A stretch of DNA of 64,000 nucleotides from NCBI GenBank assembly GCA_002633005.1, contig NMRA01000236.1:26686-90685 (forward strand), written 5' to 3'. Position 1 is the first letter of the stretch. Each line of letters starts with the position of its first letter. The translations under genes and the position numbers were made by a program. The notes under the pieces are model-generated. The model was not told the origin of the DNA. It saw only the letters and a list, made by a program, of their open reading frames with translations, and searched no databases. This DNA comes from Phoronis australis (Eukaryota > Animalia > Phoronida). Below, one piece after another: positions 1 through 12,267 of this stretch.

Positions 1-123
1 TTGCGGGAAAGTTGCAGGAAACTTTATTGATGAAAAAGTGTTTTCGGGAAAGTTGTAGGAAACTTTATTGATGAAAAAGAGTTTGCGGGGAATGTTGCAG
101 GAAACTTTTTTGGTGAAAAGTGT
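1..123. repeat. ~41-bp tandem repeat, about 3 copies (runs off the window start)
   Basis: The unit ttgcgggaaagttgcaggaaactttattgatgaaaaagtgt recurs at 1, 42 and 83. Confidence 0.85.
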
Positions 124-2303
124 TCTCATAGTCCGGTCCCTTAGCAGCCAAAAACTTCAAAACATTTACACCCCGGATTAAAGCACCAAAGTTGTTACAC
201 AGATACTTTGGGACACGCTGAATCTCATGGGGGTCGGTTGCCCGAAATTTGGGGTCAAGGTCAAGGTCAAAGGTCACGTAGGTAGTTTTTTGAAATGACT
301 TGACACAAAATATCTGCTTCATTGCTGTTTAAGGTGATAAGCAGAGTAATTTATTTTGATTTCAAATTAATGTTGATAACTTCTAAAAACAAGTTAAAAG
401 CATAAAAGTAATTTTCCTGACACTTAAGATGGTAATTATCATAATTAATAGAGCATATATAATTTCAAAGGAAATTAAGTATACTTGTTTTCTCTAGCTG
501 AGAAAAACTGTCAAACTTGTATGAATATGCATTAAGTAAACTCTAGAATGTTTAACCTTTTAAAGAAATTCATTTTTAAATGTCTTTGTCAAAATATTTA
601 TAATTGATTATGTAACAAATCGTCTCTGTAATTAAAGGAAATCGGACATCTTGCTAAATTTTTAAAGAACAATTGCTGAAACTTTTATCGTCATTTTTAA
701 TTTGATCATAGCTAAAGGTTACTTTGTTAATTAACATGTTTACATTTTAGTTTGAACTTGATTGTGACATAAGTTAAACCAATTAAGGTAATTAAGGTAA
801 TTTAAGGTTTACCAGAAGGATGAAATAACAAAAAAATCAGGTTTTAGTTGTATCACAATGAGGTGAATTCCTTGTTGCGCTATATTTTAAAACAGATCCA
901 GGCATAATTAATTGTCTTGAGGAACATGTTGTATAAACAAATGTTTATTATTAATTGCGTCCATCTAATTGTTTGTGGTGACATATTGTCTAACAGCTGA
1001 AGCTGACATCTGCTCACTCAAACAACAGTACCCAAACAGGTGACGTCAGCTCTGGGACTTGCATGATGTTGACCTCGAGTTCAGTGTTCGTGTAACATTA
1101 TTTTGAATGAGATTTTCTAATTTAGGTATGAACTTTTTTGATTAACTATGTATATATCCTAAATAGTTTTAACTGATTGGAGATAATACGTTACTTTTAG
1201 TTGGCTTCATCACATCTGAAGACAGGAGCAGGGGTTTCCTGTTTAAATCACTACAATAGCTATTGGCATAAATAGCGTAGGCCTACAATGTAAGTTGCTT
1301 AATAAGACCAAATTAAGAGACCAATTTTTCTAAGAAACCTATTCCAATAAATAATATCTACAAAAATTACGCTTTAATTCCGCAGTACCTTATTCCCAAG
1401 GTCAAGTTGTTTGAGCAATGTCTTACTCCAGATTCACCACTTGTAATTGCCCGACAATTTATTGTTCTAAAACTTTACCCACCATCCTCAAAGCAATTGA
1501 GACAATGTAGATTTTCTGAATAACAGGCCATAGGCACTATTAATAGAAATGTTTCGAAGACGGCTGGTTACCTGAGCTGGAACAATACGTCAGCTCTCGT
1601 TACGTCACTATGACGTATTCGTACCGCCTGCTTCAGGAGGCCTCAGTGGCTACAGCTGGTAGAGCTGATTCCTTTCTTCAAGCCTCACTCTTGACTCGAA
1701 CAAGACATGCACACCAGGTGACAGCACTGTCTCTGGCAAAGCTACAGGAAAACCATTTCTTATTGTGAAAAATGAAGGTGCTGTTTTGGACAGAAGAGTC
1801 TCCAGCAGGAAAAGTGATAGCTCAATGAGAATTCCAAAATTTGAGTTATGGAATGTTATCTTACATGTCCAGTTACTGATCTTGATGTTCGTCCTTGCTC
1901 ATGGTGAATGCAACTTGTCGCTGTGCATTGATGTCTTTGAATCTCTTGTGTCCTATTTCTTTACCTCTTGACCTTCAAAATTATGCAAGATGGGTCTCTC
2001 TCCACATCCAAGACGTGAGTGCTATACCAGTTAACGTACGACAGCATCTGATGGATGTTTTCAAATACACGGCACAGATTCTGTGCTGTTGCAATTGACT
2101 AGGCGGATGAAGAAAATAACAACTTAGTTCAAGACAGTGGTGGGGCTATTGGATTAACTGAAGATCTAAACGCTTTGACAGGGTGAATGGTGTTTGGATC
2201 TGAGCTATAGCCAGGTTGCTGACTGAGTTTGATTGTCAATCGCTTTGAAGACAATAGCGAGAAGAAAAACCGCCACAAAGACATTCTATCCTTCCAGAGC
2301 AAC

Positions 2304-3245
2304 AGGTGCTGGGGTCTACTTTCCAAGCCTTCCTGTTGCAGATGCAGAAAACTGGGTATAGTTAGGCAATCTTGCCACGGTGTTTCAGGCTGAGATCACT
2401 GCAATTAATAGAGCTGCTCAACTGGCACAACAATATAACACTGAACTTGGCAATCGGCCAATTACCATCTTTTCAGATAGCCAGGCAGCAACAAAAGCCC
2501 TAAAGAAACTAAGGGTCAACTCTCGTTGTGTTAATGCTTGTATTAATGAGCTTAACAAGCTTGCAATTGAGAGAACCGTCAATATACGCTGGGTCAGGGC
2601 CCATGTGGGAATTGATGGCAATGAGAATGCAGACAGACTCGCAAAGATAGGAGCAAGCGTTCTGCATTTTGTGCCTGAACCTGCTATACCGGTATCTTAC
2701 GGGTGTTGCAGGATGAGTATACACAACTGGGTACATACCCAGTCAGCAGTCCAGTGGGCATCACTTAACTCCTGCAGAGAGACCAAGGAGAATTTTCCCA
2801 ACGTGATCGAACCAAAAGGTTCAAAAAGCCTTCTGAGTCTAGATAGATTGGGTATAAGACACGTCATTCAAATTTTGACGGGCCACTGCAACCTAGCCCG
2901 ACACAGACACATTACTGGGCATATGGGGATCCCTGTGTGTCCTGAGTGTGGTACTGACGTAGAATCTCCTAAACACCTGGTAGAGTCTTGCCCAGCTTTT
3001 TATAGGCTAAGGAGCAACCTACTGGATGGCACTGTTACATGCCTACAACATATAGTGCATGGCAACAAATGGAAACGTCTGTCCGTTTTCCTAAAGGAGA
3101 CTGGCAGACTTGAAAACTTTCTTCACGAGGAGCCATGATTGGGGTCTCGTGCCTTTGCTCAGGTGTTTTGTGCAATGGGCCCAATCATGAGGCCTGCGCA
3201 CGTCTGATGCACCGCAAATGACATCAGACCACGTGCACTGGTTTT
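2304..3245 (+). mobile_element. 5'-truncated LOA/Lian-like non-LTR retrotransposon inserted in Academ #1
   Basis: 12-bp TSD with one mismatch: ttccagagcaac (2292-2303) and ttccagaacaac (3246-3257). Removing the insert rejoins the Academ frame (ILSFQNNFKNHV). Confidence 0.85.
2380..3138 (+). CDS. C-terminal part of LINE ORF2: RNase H plus CCHC zinc knuckle (open fragment, no RT)
   Basis: TVFQAEITAI, IFSDSQAA, WVRAHVGIDGNENADRLAK, LTGHC and CPECG..ESPKHLVESC motifs. Confidence 0.85.
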   Translation: MFQAEITAINRAAQLAQQYNTELGNRPITIFSDSQAATKALKKLRVNSRCVNACINELNKLAIERTVNIRWVRAHVGIDGNENADRLAKIGASVLHFVPEPAIPVSYGCCRMSIHNWVHTQSAVQWASLNSCRETKENFPNVIEPKGSKSLLSLDRLGIRHVIQILTGHCNLARHRHITGHMGIPVCPECGTDVESPKHLVESCPAFYRLRSNLLDGTVTCLQHIVHGNKWKRLSVFLKETGRLENFLHEEP

Positions 3246-6200
3246 TTCCAGAACAACTTTAAAAACCATGTGAACAGTTTGTGTGGTGTAAGGTGTCAGT
3301 TCAGCAAACTAAAGGGAAATCTTTTCTTTGACCATGGTGATGAACTTATGACATTAGATAGCTACAAGTCTTCAGACTATCGAAGTGACTGGAAAACAGC
3401 AATATGACAACTATAAGCAAACAGTCTTAATTGAAAAGTCCCAACCAATAAAGATCCCTATCAAGAAAAACAAGTTTGTTGTTTCCGAAATAGCTAACGG
3501 GAAGGCAAAAAGAGTGACTCAGTAGCGCATGGATGACATCAAGAAAGACTGCAGCTTATTTAGTCAGGTTTTTATAGCTAGTCAAATTATAGAAGGATGA
3601 TTTTCTTATACAAGAGAATCATTCTTGGCCACCATCCCTGAACCAGAACGACAGTCTCGGTTTACCCTCACAGAAGTCACACTTGCTCAAAATGTTGGAA
3701 TTTCCTCATCCAGACGTTCCTGAATCCGTCGATGTCAAAGTCTTTGATGGGCCAGCTATTGTGCGCAAATTTTCTCCAAACGAATCAGCGACATTCGGAC
3801 AGTTCAGCAAAAACTGCTAAGTGGGCACATTTTAACCTTCACAACAGCTGTAGAGTTGACATTGTGTTTGATGCTTACACTGAAGACAGCTTGAAGGCCA
3901 CCGCTGATAGAGGTACAGGTGATCTTGCCAAAGTTTCACACCAAACGCAACTGTCTCTGTACTTCCAGAATTTCTTGCAAATTCGAAGAATAAAGAGGAA
4001 TTATTCATGCTGTTAGCTGAAAATATCTTTAGCAATCGCCTATCCTCCAGGACAAAATATATATGTTACCCACGGTCACTCTGTTCTTTCCTCTGGTTCT
4101 GACATACCACCGAGAGTCGGACACCTGTATGTGCTTGTGCACTGCGGACACTTTGATCAAAGGTAATCAGAGAATACTGGTTTCTACAATTGATACTGAT
4201 GATGTGGTCGTTTTTCTTGGTGTTTTGATCAGCTTAAGGCTTTGCAGCCAGCAATTCAATTACGGGTAGTTGTTAAAGCTGGAAAGAAGGTGCGGGAACT
4301 CTTCGTCAAGAGTTTGTTTGACTAGCTTAGGTACGATTTGTGTGTAGCTCTACCCATGTTCCATGCCTTTACAGAGTTGGACACAACGTCCCAGTTCTAT
4401 GGAAAAGGGAGGAAAACAGCATGGGAGACATGAAAATTAAGCTTACCGTGATGTTACTCAGGCACTCTCATGCCGGCACTCAATTCCTTTCAGCAGCTCA
4501 CCGTCGACAGTCAGGAATTCAAAACAATTGAGACATTTACATGTTTCGTTTATGATCGAAAAGTTAAAACCAGCCAAGTCAATACTTTATGAAAGGAGCT
4601 TTTCCAACAAAAAGTTCAGATTATGCCAAATTTATCGCCTACCCAATCTCCTCTGGTAAAGCAAGTTAACAAATGCTTGTATCAAGCTGGCAGTCTGATG
4701 CTCATCCACGGGAAACCAAGTCCATAGAGGTTTGCATGGCAGAGTGACAAGGGCCAACAATGGACACCTCACTGGATAGCCATGCCTGAAATCTCCAAAG
4801 CTGGTCAGCAGCTCATGGTTGCAAGAGCATACCACTATGGGGCAAGAGATATAAATTAAAAGCAATTCCCTTAGCATGCACAACACTTAGCAAATACCGG
4901 GGAACATGTCAGTAATATGGTTTGTTATGGACCAAAGGAACAGATGATAATGTTAATTGAATTCTGTGGTCTGAGATTAATCTGTTTTATTGTGTTGATA
5001 TTATAAGCAGATGACAATCGGATTATATTTAGACAGGAGCTAGAAGAAGTATACTAACGACATTTTTGAAAGCTGGCCTCTGAGTTTTTGGTAGTCTGTC
5101 AAGTTCTATGCATATATTGGCCTCTTTATCATAACATCAAGTGAATGTTCATAATAATTGTACAAATTAATGATAAATCTAATAAATTTTTGGTAAGAAA
5201 ACCCATTTGTTGTTGTATTATTAGTCTTGCACCAGATCAAAATAGATGATTTTGTTAAAATTGCAGTTGGTTAGTTAAACTTTGGCGGCCATATTGGAAT
5301 TATGCAAATGTTGGGTAAGTTACATTGTTAAAAACAGCAAATGCTCAAAGATGACTAAATGCAACCTAAAACACTAGAGAATATAACTGCATCTGTATGT
5401 ACTTTGTTTTTATTCAGTCACTGTACATAACAAGCTTTCAACTTTCATACTGCTGTCAAAGTCAGTTCAGCAAAATATTAAATGCAATTGCTTTAAAACA
5501 ACAAAGGCAGTGTTACCTGCATGTTGTGTAAACAAGTATAATAAATATCAATACAAACCATACACAAATATGTGATCCAATTTTACCAAATGTGCAAGTA
5601 TTAGCATTTAGAGCAATTTGTACTTTTCCAACATTTGAAATTATCTCATAATCAGGTGGTAGCAGCCACTGTAGCTACAGTAAAATTTTGTCTATTTCGG
5701 ACAAAAACAATTGCCAAAAATTACTCATTTTGATTTTTCAAGGACATTTAGCATTGTTGTGAAGACCCACAATTTTTCAAAATATTGTCTGTCAGCAGCT
5801 ATGGTACGGACTTGGATATGACTCGAGATTCTTGTGGTACTGCACATTATTTATGAAAAATAAGAAATTTAATTTCACTAGTGTCCTTATATTATTGTTT
5901 TATGCTTCTAAGGTTATTGTTTATTTTAATCATACTAGCCCAGCTACATGCTGAACTGCTAGTACTGTTTTCAAGGAATGCTTCTTGGAATACATTCATG
6001 TTTAATGCCTCTAGGGCTGTTGATTGTTTATTTAAATTATGCTAGCCCAGCCACATGTTGATCTGGTGGGACTGTTATCAAGTAAAGCATGTGGTTGTCA
6101 AGGTTACATGCCTGGGAAGTAACCTATAAGCTTTCATTTGAACCAAATTCAAACGGTTTTGGTACAGCCTAGACTCTACATGGATAACTGAAGAACTGTA

Positions 6201-7150
6201 TGGATGTGAGTTTTGAATTTAAAGTTGTATTTATGTTGATGTGATTATTAAGTAAAATTACTTAGACTTCATTCATGAATCAGTAGTTTTGGTCTTACAA
6301 ACAAAAGGAATTTGCTTTTCTTACTGATTCAGCCAAATTGAAGGTTATAATGGTTAGGGAAAAGTACCGCACAGATTTCAAATGAGTTAACTGGGGTTGA
6401 GACCAGAATCAACTAGTTTTCACAACATAGTCAAGTTATATGTAACCAGTCCTTCAAAATAATCCCTTGAGACTGTAAAACTTAAGTTTGTGTCAATTTT
6501 CACATCGCTTTCCGACTGTTTGATTCACGATAGGAATAACAAATTTTTATTTTGGTTTAATGCATGGTAACTATTGGGCACAAAATAAGATTAACATATT
6601 GTATATTTAACTACTGGTAGGTGTTTTAACTGTCATCACCTTCAGTCATACGCCAGTTCTCAGTCTGCAGTCAAACTATTGAACACAAGTTCAACTGTTT
6701 GTTCATACATGAGCAGAAGAACAAAATAATTGGAAGAGATTTTAATGTGCTCATCATGTCTTTTCCAGAAAGGTGAAAGCCATTGAAAGTCGAGATCTGG
6801 ATATGTTAAAGAGAATCAAGGACACAACGATCTCATACCGGGCCACTCTCCCCTGCAAGCTGATTGACACACCATGTGGTACTTATAGCCTGGGAAATTC
6901 CTTAGCACATCAGGTACAACCGTCTGTAATTGGCAACATTATTCTAATCTAAAAAGTACGAAAACTCTACCTTATTCAAGCTTAGTGACATTATTCAATC
7001 TAGACCAATTGAATATTATTCAAACTTTTTAATCGTTTACAGAAAGCTCTTCCAAAGTTTTGACAATCTTGAAATCCAAGCTTGAAGAAAATATCCAATA
7101 ACGTGAGGCACATTTGAGCATAATTGTGTTCAGTCAACTTTAGCTAAATA

Positions 7151-7502
7151 CCTGGGTGAGAATTTGACACGTTTGACATGCTCTAAAAACGTGGAGTATT
7201 GGAACGCCCTAAAAATGGTCAAACGTGTAAAATGTGGCGTGTTAAACGTGTAAAACGTGGCGTGTCAAACGTGTAAAATGTTGCGTGTCAAACGTGTCAA
7301 GAACGTGTCGAAAACGTGTAATTTTCGTTCCAATACTCCACGTTTGACACGCTTAGCGTGTCAAACGTGGCGATAAGCATGTAAAACGTGGCGATAGCGT
7401 GTCGAACGTGGCGTGCCAAAACGTGGCAAAAACGTTTTTGTTCCAATACTCCACGTTTGACACGCTCAAAAGCGTGTCAAACGTGTAAAATTCTCACCCG
7501 GG
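7151..7502. mobile_element. MITE with CCYGGGTGAGAATTT TIRs and a dense internal ACGTG repeat
   Basis: Left cctgggtgagaatttgacacgtttgaca pairs with right tgtcaaacgtgtaaaattctcacccggg. Confidence 0.8.
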
Positions 7503-8755
7503 CATAATGCGTTATATTCCTGTATGAGATATAACATGAATCCTGTTAAAAACAGCATACGAACCAAATCTGATTTGCACAGGCAAATAAACTTAACGCT
7601 AATCTATGGTCAACAATTTTGAATTTTTTTGCTCTTGAAATAGCTCTTTCAACAGTGAGCAGCTATCTTTTTGGTTAAGGCAACATCACTAGGTGACATC
7701 TGACCAAAACCTGGTGCAATAGGAGGGATGCATAATTTTAATCCAATATTTTCATTTTTTTCTAATTAAGAAGCCTTTGTCTGCCACGATGCCATCACCA
7801 TGTTTTAATTTACCGCAATCAATGAATTGCTGAAGCATTGTCAGTAAACCACCTGATCATGTGATATCATTATCTGAAATTGACCCTGAAAATAGTATGG
7901 ATATAAAAGTAAATGATCCCTTGGGGTCCACTCCTACAAGTCCTTTTAGAGTGGTACACGACTTGTAATCTGAATAACACTGACTTCGACTTCTCAGAGA
8001 ACTCGGCTTTTGCACTTTGATTTCTGTGCCATCTATGATGAGGAAAGTGTCTGGAAAGTCTTTCTTGTACTTAGGCGGCATATGTTTGTAGAGAATGTCG
8101 CGGTCTGGCTAAATTGTTTGAGATCCATATTTGTAGAACATGAAGTTCATCCACTCCCTGAAAAGTGCTGCAGCATCCTGAGGAGTTGCCAAGTGTTTGA
8201 AATCGAAATTCAATCGCAGTTTCGTTAGCGTAAGCAGGAGTTGATCTTGCAGTGACATGTTCTTAGCACTACTGATAGTTTTGGAGAAGTTCATGGGAGA
8301 TTGGTGCTTATCTGGAACAAAGAAATAAAATATATTTTGAAATTCTTCAAAGGTGAATCCTGTGTGATATTTAAAATTATTCTTCACGTGGCTGTTTTTG
8401 AGTGAAGCAACAGAAAATCCCATGGTGGCTGCATTCTTTGTTTCAGTTGTAATTTTCCTCGATGAACTTCATCAGTTAAAATTTTCAACTGTGCTTCAAG
8501 AAGTTTGTTTTCAGCAGCAACAGCTAGATAATTCAAACCTGATGGGCCTGAAATAAAAATCACATGTGAGATATGATTTATAGTCAAAATTGTCAACTTC
8601 ACTGAAGATTTACCTCACTCATGCTGAAAATGGCTCAATCAGCAAAGGTGAAAAGTACTTAAACTTGAAAGACAGAAATTTCATGCTGAGCATTATTGTT
8701 CGAAGGAATTTTAAGGCTTTTCATAGATTTTCATCTTAATTCTGTCTTGTTGCAG

Positions 8756-9530
8756 GCTCCCCTGATTCAACAGCCCGAAGGACCTTCTGGAGAATCAAAG
8801 CCTTGTGGTAATCTGACCTTCCCACATCCCAGTCCGATTGCTAATGCCGTTACTTGCCATGCGGAGGAATACGAGTTTTATGGAGATGACATTTGAGGAT
8901 GCCTGAAAGCTAGAGAATGACACTCGTGCACAAGCTAACTGCCCTTCATGGTCTGAGGCGAGAAAACTGAGAATTACAGCGTCTAACTTTGGGCGGTTTA
9001 TACTTCGTAAGGCTCCAATTACAGATGATTTAGTTAATTCAGTGATGAATCCCAAACCATTTCAGGCAACTGCCACCACTTACGGAACGTGCAATGAAAA
9101 AGTTGTCAAGAACAAGTATTGGAAGCAAATGGGGAACCACGTTCATAGCTGCGGATTTATAGTTAATAATGAATTTCCATTCATTGGAACTTCGCCTTAT
9201 GGGAAAGTATGCGACAATGGAGAGGTGGGGCTCTGAGAAGTGAAATGCCCATACAGCATACGAGATATGAACCTTCAAGAAGCACTTACAACTTAAAAAA
9301 AAGGAATCTCAGTTTTTGTCCAAATTTGGAGATGAAATTTTGTTGCAAAAAGACCACAGTCATTGGTTCCAAGTTCAAGGGCAGTTGTTAGTGTCTGGAG
9401 CTACTTTCTGTGATTTTGTGACAAACACAAGAAGAGACTTGCATAAACAACGGATTCATCCCGACGTCAGTGTCATGAAACAAATTCTTGAGAAGATGAA
9501 TAAAGTGTTTATTGAACATGTCGCCAAACT
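8756..9530 (+). pseudogene. YqaJ/lambda-exonuclease-like last exon (second gene of the ISL2EU element)
   Basis: Acceptor ttgttgcag at 8755. Motifs TRAQANCPSWSEARKLRITASNFG, YGTCNE, GFIVNNEFPFIGTSPYG, EVKCPY and WFQVQGQLLVSGATFCDFV, with stops and frameshifts. Confidence 0.85.
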
Positions 9531-10009
9531 GCATCCTCCTTCTCCTCATTGGTTCCACAGTTTGAGTTTCTGGATGAGCATGTGTCGGTCCGTTACATGA
9601 GCATTCAGCTGAGGTTTTCCTGAGCTGTGAAATCTGGTCAGCTGCCATGGTAAAACTGAAACGTGTGAGAACAATTGTAAATTGAATTAAAGTGATTCTT
9701 ATTGTAATTTGTGAAGTTTGCCGCAGTCGTATTGTTTTCCCTATCATTTGGACCTAATACTCAGACTCCGAACACGTCACTTGTTTGAAATGTATTTATC
9801 TGGTGAACTGAAAATCATCTAACTTGCCATGGGCAATATATTTCTTCTCGCAGGCTTGCCACTTTTGCTGCTCATTCGAGAAAGGGGCATGCATTTTTTC
9901 AAATTGCTTGAGTGCTGTGATTTCGTTCATATTGAAAATGTCAATTATGAAGCGTCGTAAATGAGACATTTTAGCTTAAAAAAGTTCTTGACTGTTGCTT
10001 TGGATAGAA

Positions 10010-10493
10010 AAAAGTGCAGGTGGCTTGATGCCTTTTGCGGTACATGAGGCGTGTTTAGGCCACAAGGCCGGGCCCATTACACTAGTCACCTGATTATGAC
10101 TCATGGGGACACCACATCACCGGATTCCCCATTGGTGAAATCTTCCAATGTGCCTGTTCGTTTCAGGAAGACAGAAAGACTATTAAACCTGTATGAACTA
10201 ACAATGTTAACCAGGCAGGTTATGTGTCCATCAAGTAGTAGATTACGGTGTCTGTCGTAGGCAGGGAAAATATCCACCAGATGTTGAGGAGTCTCGGCCC
10301 CCAAGCCACAGTAGGGACACAATGAACATGCCATGTGGCCTGTAATGTTACGGTGTGGAGCTAGGTTGCAGTGTCCAGTAATAACCTGGATCAGCTGCCT
10401 TATAGCAAGCCTATCTAAGCATAACAGTTTCTTTGAACCTTTTGGTTCAATAGGACTTGGAAAAAGTTGTCTGGATTGTCTGCAGGCAGAGAA
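10010..10493 (-). mobile_element. Second, diverged 5'-truncated LOA-like LINE (zinc knuckle + 3' UTR)
   Basis: CPYCG..ETPQHLV..LSVFLKRTG is homologous to 2380-3138. 12-bp TSD with one mismatch: ctttggatagaa (9998-10009) and ctttggctagaa (10494-10505). Confidence 0.85.
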
Positions 10494-11098
10494 CTTTGGC
10501 TAGAAGCTTAGCATTATTGTCAGACACAATTTACGTTATATTTTTTGTAAAATTCAACTAAAATGGTCGGTCACTTTGCTACAAAACAAAACGATGTTTA
10601 TTAGAATAGTTTCAAAAACTACCGCTAGGGCTAGTGCCAGTGCTGGAGTAAAACTAACCTTGGTATATACTAATATATATTTTGTCGACAGTCTTCATAC
10701 AGCTAGCTGACTGGCTAGGGTCAAACAGGTGCTAAGACAAATGTCGCCAGACGAGTGAACTTGCGTAGTCGAAATCAGATACGCCTACACTACAGCCACC
10801 AAACTGAAAAATATACTTACCTTGGAACAAATATATTTATGTTTAGCCTTGGGATAATCACGCAACATTGCCAACTTGAGCTGCTGTACGTGTGGCTGTC
10901 CACAGAGTTTTATCCATAGCTTACACTGCTCGAGACGAGTTTTCGGTTTGGGAAAATGGCCAAAATGAGACAGGATTTTCGTCTCTAGCCTCATACCGGC
11001 TGTCAGACTTGCAGACACCATAGCAGCACCGTTTTACCATTATAATGACAAAATTTCTTGATGTTTAACTAAAATAAACTTTACACGCCAACGTACTC

Positions 11099-11201
11099 TT
11101 TGTCGGGTAAAATGGCGGCTTAGAAAAGCAGATGAAGGTGTGTCAAGAATTCTGTGTTCTGATTGGTCAGTTAAGCCGTCAGTCGTAATCCTGGCGATAG
11201 G
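11099..11201. repeat. Probable terminal repeat of the ISL2EU element, with an inverted homolog at 12549-12650
   Basis: gtaaaatggcggctt..ttctgattggtcagtt..cctggcgatagg is the reverse complement of cctatcgccggg..aactgaccaatcagaa..aagccgccattttac. Confidence 0.65.
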
Positions 11202-11678
11202 TCACTTTCCGAAAGTTTGATGATCTAACCCGCTAACGACGTCAAGTCGACCTTGACCTACCTTTTGAACCTTCAATGTCAGAGGTCACTGTTGAAGTAG
11301 TGCGGGAGGTGAATACTGAAAACATTATTACATGACCCTATTTCCCTCGACAGATTCAACGCGTATGGGATAAAGGGGTTTACCTAAAGCTCTACAGTGT
11401 CGACGTTAATATCAATATCAATTAATGTTCGCCGTTCTAGAAATTCGAACCACAACCCGCGTAATGGTGGCCACGGCCCGGGTCTTTTTGTCAAGCAATT
11501 TCGAAAAAGTAAATAAGGTTCAGCGGGGCTGTTGGGTCAGTCTAGCTCATCAAAATGTAAAACCAATATCCTACTTCTTATACGTTCGGTGCAAAGGAAC
11601 CGTACACAGGAAGGAGTTACGTAACATTTCTACATCCACATGCTGCGTTGTTCTGTAGAAGACACATATAAGTATGGT

Positions 11679-12267
11679 TGTAATGTTCTGTGTTGGACAG
11701 ACAACATCAAAGTCCGAGTTTGACGGGATGATTTTATTTACTAATTCCACTTAGAACCTCAGTGAAAATATTGAATCCTTGTGAGAACCGTGTGAGAACT
11801 GTAAATCTATGAAAATACCCAAAATACTCTAAATACATGACAATATTATATAAAACTGAATCTAAATTAAATTATTAACAATAGTCACTCTGAGAAACTA
11901 GTCAAAATTACTCAAATCTAACTGAATCGGTACATGAACTTTAAATCACATTTACAAAACAACATTTATCTTAAAACATATTATACCCTAGAACATTTCA
12001 TAACTCATAAACTCCAATGAGACTTACAAAAATTGCTCCCTTTGATCTTATCCACGCATGAATATCCAATTCTTGTTTTGTGTATCAGTATGATCCTTGT
12101 CAGTGACTGAACACACTCCTTGAAACTCAACAGACTCGGTGATCTGCCTAAAATACTTGATTCTCCAAAGTTACTGAGCTTCCTCGTCTCCTAACTTTTT
12201 CTTTTGAGAATGACACTTATTTCTGCTCCAGAAATATTTATACTCTAAGATATGACTAAACATCACA
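11679..12267 (-). mobile_element. Probable solo LTR
   Basis: Inverted termini TGTAATG/CATCACA, TATAAATA and AATAAA on the minus strand, and flanks tggt/tgga. The right boundary may extend further. Confidence 0.5.

Larger units (their letters stand above)
129..5365 (+). mobile_element. Decayed AcademX DNA transposon #1 (Academ DDE + XPG-like domain + Cys-rich tail), right end not found
   Basis: Begins TAGTCCGG (Academ-type TAG terminus). Frameshifted fragments FELWNVIL..LMFV, DLQNYARWVSLHIQDV, GGAIGLTED, RVDIVFDAY, STIDTDDVVV and PMFHAFT match the AcademX protein. Subterminal ggcggccatattgga..atgcaaat lies near 5285. Confidence 0.75.
7510..11040 (-). pseudogene. ISL2EU/PIF-Harbinger-type transposase (THAP exon 11040-10821; HTH + DDE_Tnp_4 exon 8547-~7510), disrupted
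   Basis: THAP exon MVKRCCYGVCKSDSRY..FPKPK..CKLWIKLCG..YICSK followed by a gtaagt donor. HTH region FKYHTGF..QDQLLLTLTKLRLN. DDE region IIDGTEIKVQKPS..YSDYKSCTTLKGLVGVDPKG..GSISD. Confidence 0.85.

Noticed and set aside
1-123. CRISPR-like periodic repeat
   Set aside because: Units are contiguous with no unique spacers, there are no cas genes, and the context is eukaryotic.
2380-3138. Host RNase H1 gene
   Set aside because: It is bounded by a TSD, followed by a LINE zinc knuckle, and has two more truncated copies in the window.
8756-9530. Phage recombinase or horizontal transfer
   Set aside because: It is spliced and paired with a THAP-DDE_Tnp_4 gene, the known ISL2EU content.
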